Below, one piece after another: positions 62,468-64,000 of a DNA stretch of 64,000 bases (positions within the stretch are counted from its first letter, which is position 1; every line of letters begins with the position of its first letter). The stretch is from Malacoraja senta (Eukaryota), in contig JAXLNO010000235.1 of NCBI GenBank assembly GCA_038087875.1, forward strand, positions 248,001 through 312,000, in the 5' to 3' direction. The notes beneath the pieces are model-generated. The model was not told the DNA's origin. It worked only from the letters and a program-made list of their open reading frames with translations, and did no database searches. The translations under genes and the position numbers were made by a program.

Positions 62468-64000
62468 TGTCTCTCTCTCTGTGTTTCTCAACTTGAATGT
62501 CTACCATAAAACAACAAACCATAAAAGCTGGTCATGTTTCATCAATTAACTTATTTCCAATTATTTCAATCCATATTAGCCATTATTTTAAATTTCCAAT
62601 TCCTAGCACTAGTAACAATTCTCCAAATTAACTTTACTGATAAGAAAGCATTAAAAGAAAATCAAAAGCTGATTTTTACAACTTTCCTTTTTCAGGTTAC
62701 GAGGATACAAATGGTTAATTTTACAGCTTGTTCGTAATCTCCGATGGTTTGCAGTATTTTTAACTACAGTGGAAATTCTCGGGGGGGGGGGGCGTCTGTG
62801 TCCAATTTTACAACTTGCTCATTCCAACCTTTCATCTTACAACCATTCGTTCCAAACCGGTTTTTACATACAAATCACATTCGTTCCGTTCTTACTTCAA
62901 ATAGATTATTCAATTTATATTTTCTCCCTGTCCTGCACTCTTGTCCCCGGCCTTTGCTGTCTTCTTATCTGCTACTTTCGGGAGTAACTCCCTCATCATC
63001 CTGTCTCTCTCTGTTCCTTATTTGTTGTTTTTCTACTGCCTGCAACATAATCTTTACTACTTGTTTTTCCCTTCTGTGAAAAGGAATTGATCTAACTGTT
63101 CTTGTCAGACCTAAAGGATCTTCAAGGAGGCTATTTAACAATTCCCCTTCCCCCTCAGGGTCCTCTCCTAGGTACCTCCCTCAGGGGTCTAATTTCTACC
63201 GATCTTCTTATCTTCCCCTTCCGACCTTTTGACTCCCCATCCTGGTGGTTGGGTGATCTTTGTCCACCCCGGCCCCTGTCTTCTCTCTTCCCTGGGTATT
63301 TTGGCCCCCTGCGGCTCTGCATTTGCCCCAACGGACTATACCTTATCATTGTTGTCTACTCCAACCCCTGGGTATTTCCTGCCCCCCAGTGGTTCAGCAT
63401 TTGCCCCAACGGACTATTGGGCAGAATGCGGGGATTTGGCCTACAGGCTTTTCCCCTCCCTTTTCAGTTTGCCTTGCCGGTACAGACCCCAGAATCCTTC
63501 AGGGCGTTAACCACAAGGTCTTTTCAATCGCCCAGGAAGTACTTTATTAGTCATTATTCCTACCTGGGTTCTGTGCACAGAAATTGCTCGATTGACTTTT
63601 CGCGATCTCCAACTTTGAGATTCCAGCTGCCAAGACAGATGTGTACAGCAATTCATTCTTCCCCCGCACAATTAAAGCATGGAATAATCTTCACCCTACC
63701 ATAGTTACCCAACCAGATGCAACTAAATTTAAGGTAACTCTTTCTTCGCAAAAACCCTTTCTGGCTTAAGTCCTCCCTCCACCACCTCCAGTTTAAATTC
63801 CATTTGGAATATTTTGGAGGACCAAGAAACCAAGAACAAGAACTAATCTCCAACCACTTTCACTTCTTTGCCGAGTCTCTGTTTGGTCCGGGCATCACTC
63901 GCTCAAACCTTCTGACGGTAAGCAAGGAGTCTGAGACCGCTGAACTCAGCGGGGTGCACCTTCTCTTCGTCCGTGTACTCCCGTCAGCTGTCCAGAGTAA
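62468..64000 (-). repeat. Inverted fourth partial copy of the ERV leader/gag-remnant segment (~2500-3835), runs off the window end
   Basis: ORFs on - in copy 1 (2564..3166, 3189..3536) reappear on + at 63102 and 62744. The sequence is the reverse complement of ~2500-3835. Confidence 0.95.
63615..63840 (+). mobile_element. Short 5'-truncated CR1/L2-group LINE inserted into the inverted ERV leader, flanked by AACT
   Basis: EIPAAKTDVYSNSFFPRTIKAWNNL...F-type C-terminus, (CCAAGAA)-like tail, AACT at 63611-63614 and 63841-63844. Absent from copies 1-3. Confidence 0.8.

Overview
Repeat-dense vertebrate DNA, probably from a cartilaginous fish such as a skate or ray (inferred from HE1-like V-SINEs with CR1-type 3' tails and abundant Penelope-derived repeats). 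I found no convincing host protein-coding gene. The window is a nested segmental duplication: a ~27 kb unit in tandem (1-26721 and 27015-55803), a more diverged partial third copy (56230-59380) and an inverted partial fourth copy (62468-64000). Each full unit carries: (i) a GC-rich YY1-motif array followed by a solo LTR (4-bp TSD; empty site in copy 3) and a 5'LTR-PBS(Pro)-collapsed-gag remnant of a class I ERV; (ii) many Rex1/Babar, CR1, L1, RTE-X, SINE and Penelope fragments, some with hammerhead-ribozyme cores; (iii) the 3' half of a second ERV family (RNase H-integrase-env-PPT-~1.3 kb LTR). The most striking signal is that ERV's env TM subunit. It has a Cys-flanked internal fusion loop, two sequons at the filovirus positions, and an ungapped ~45% match (manual, against the Ebola GP2 sequence as I recall it) to filovirus GP2. 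All calls are by eye; no database searches were run.
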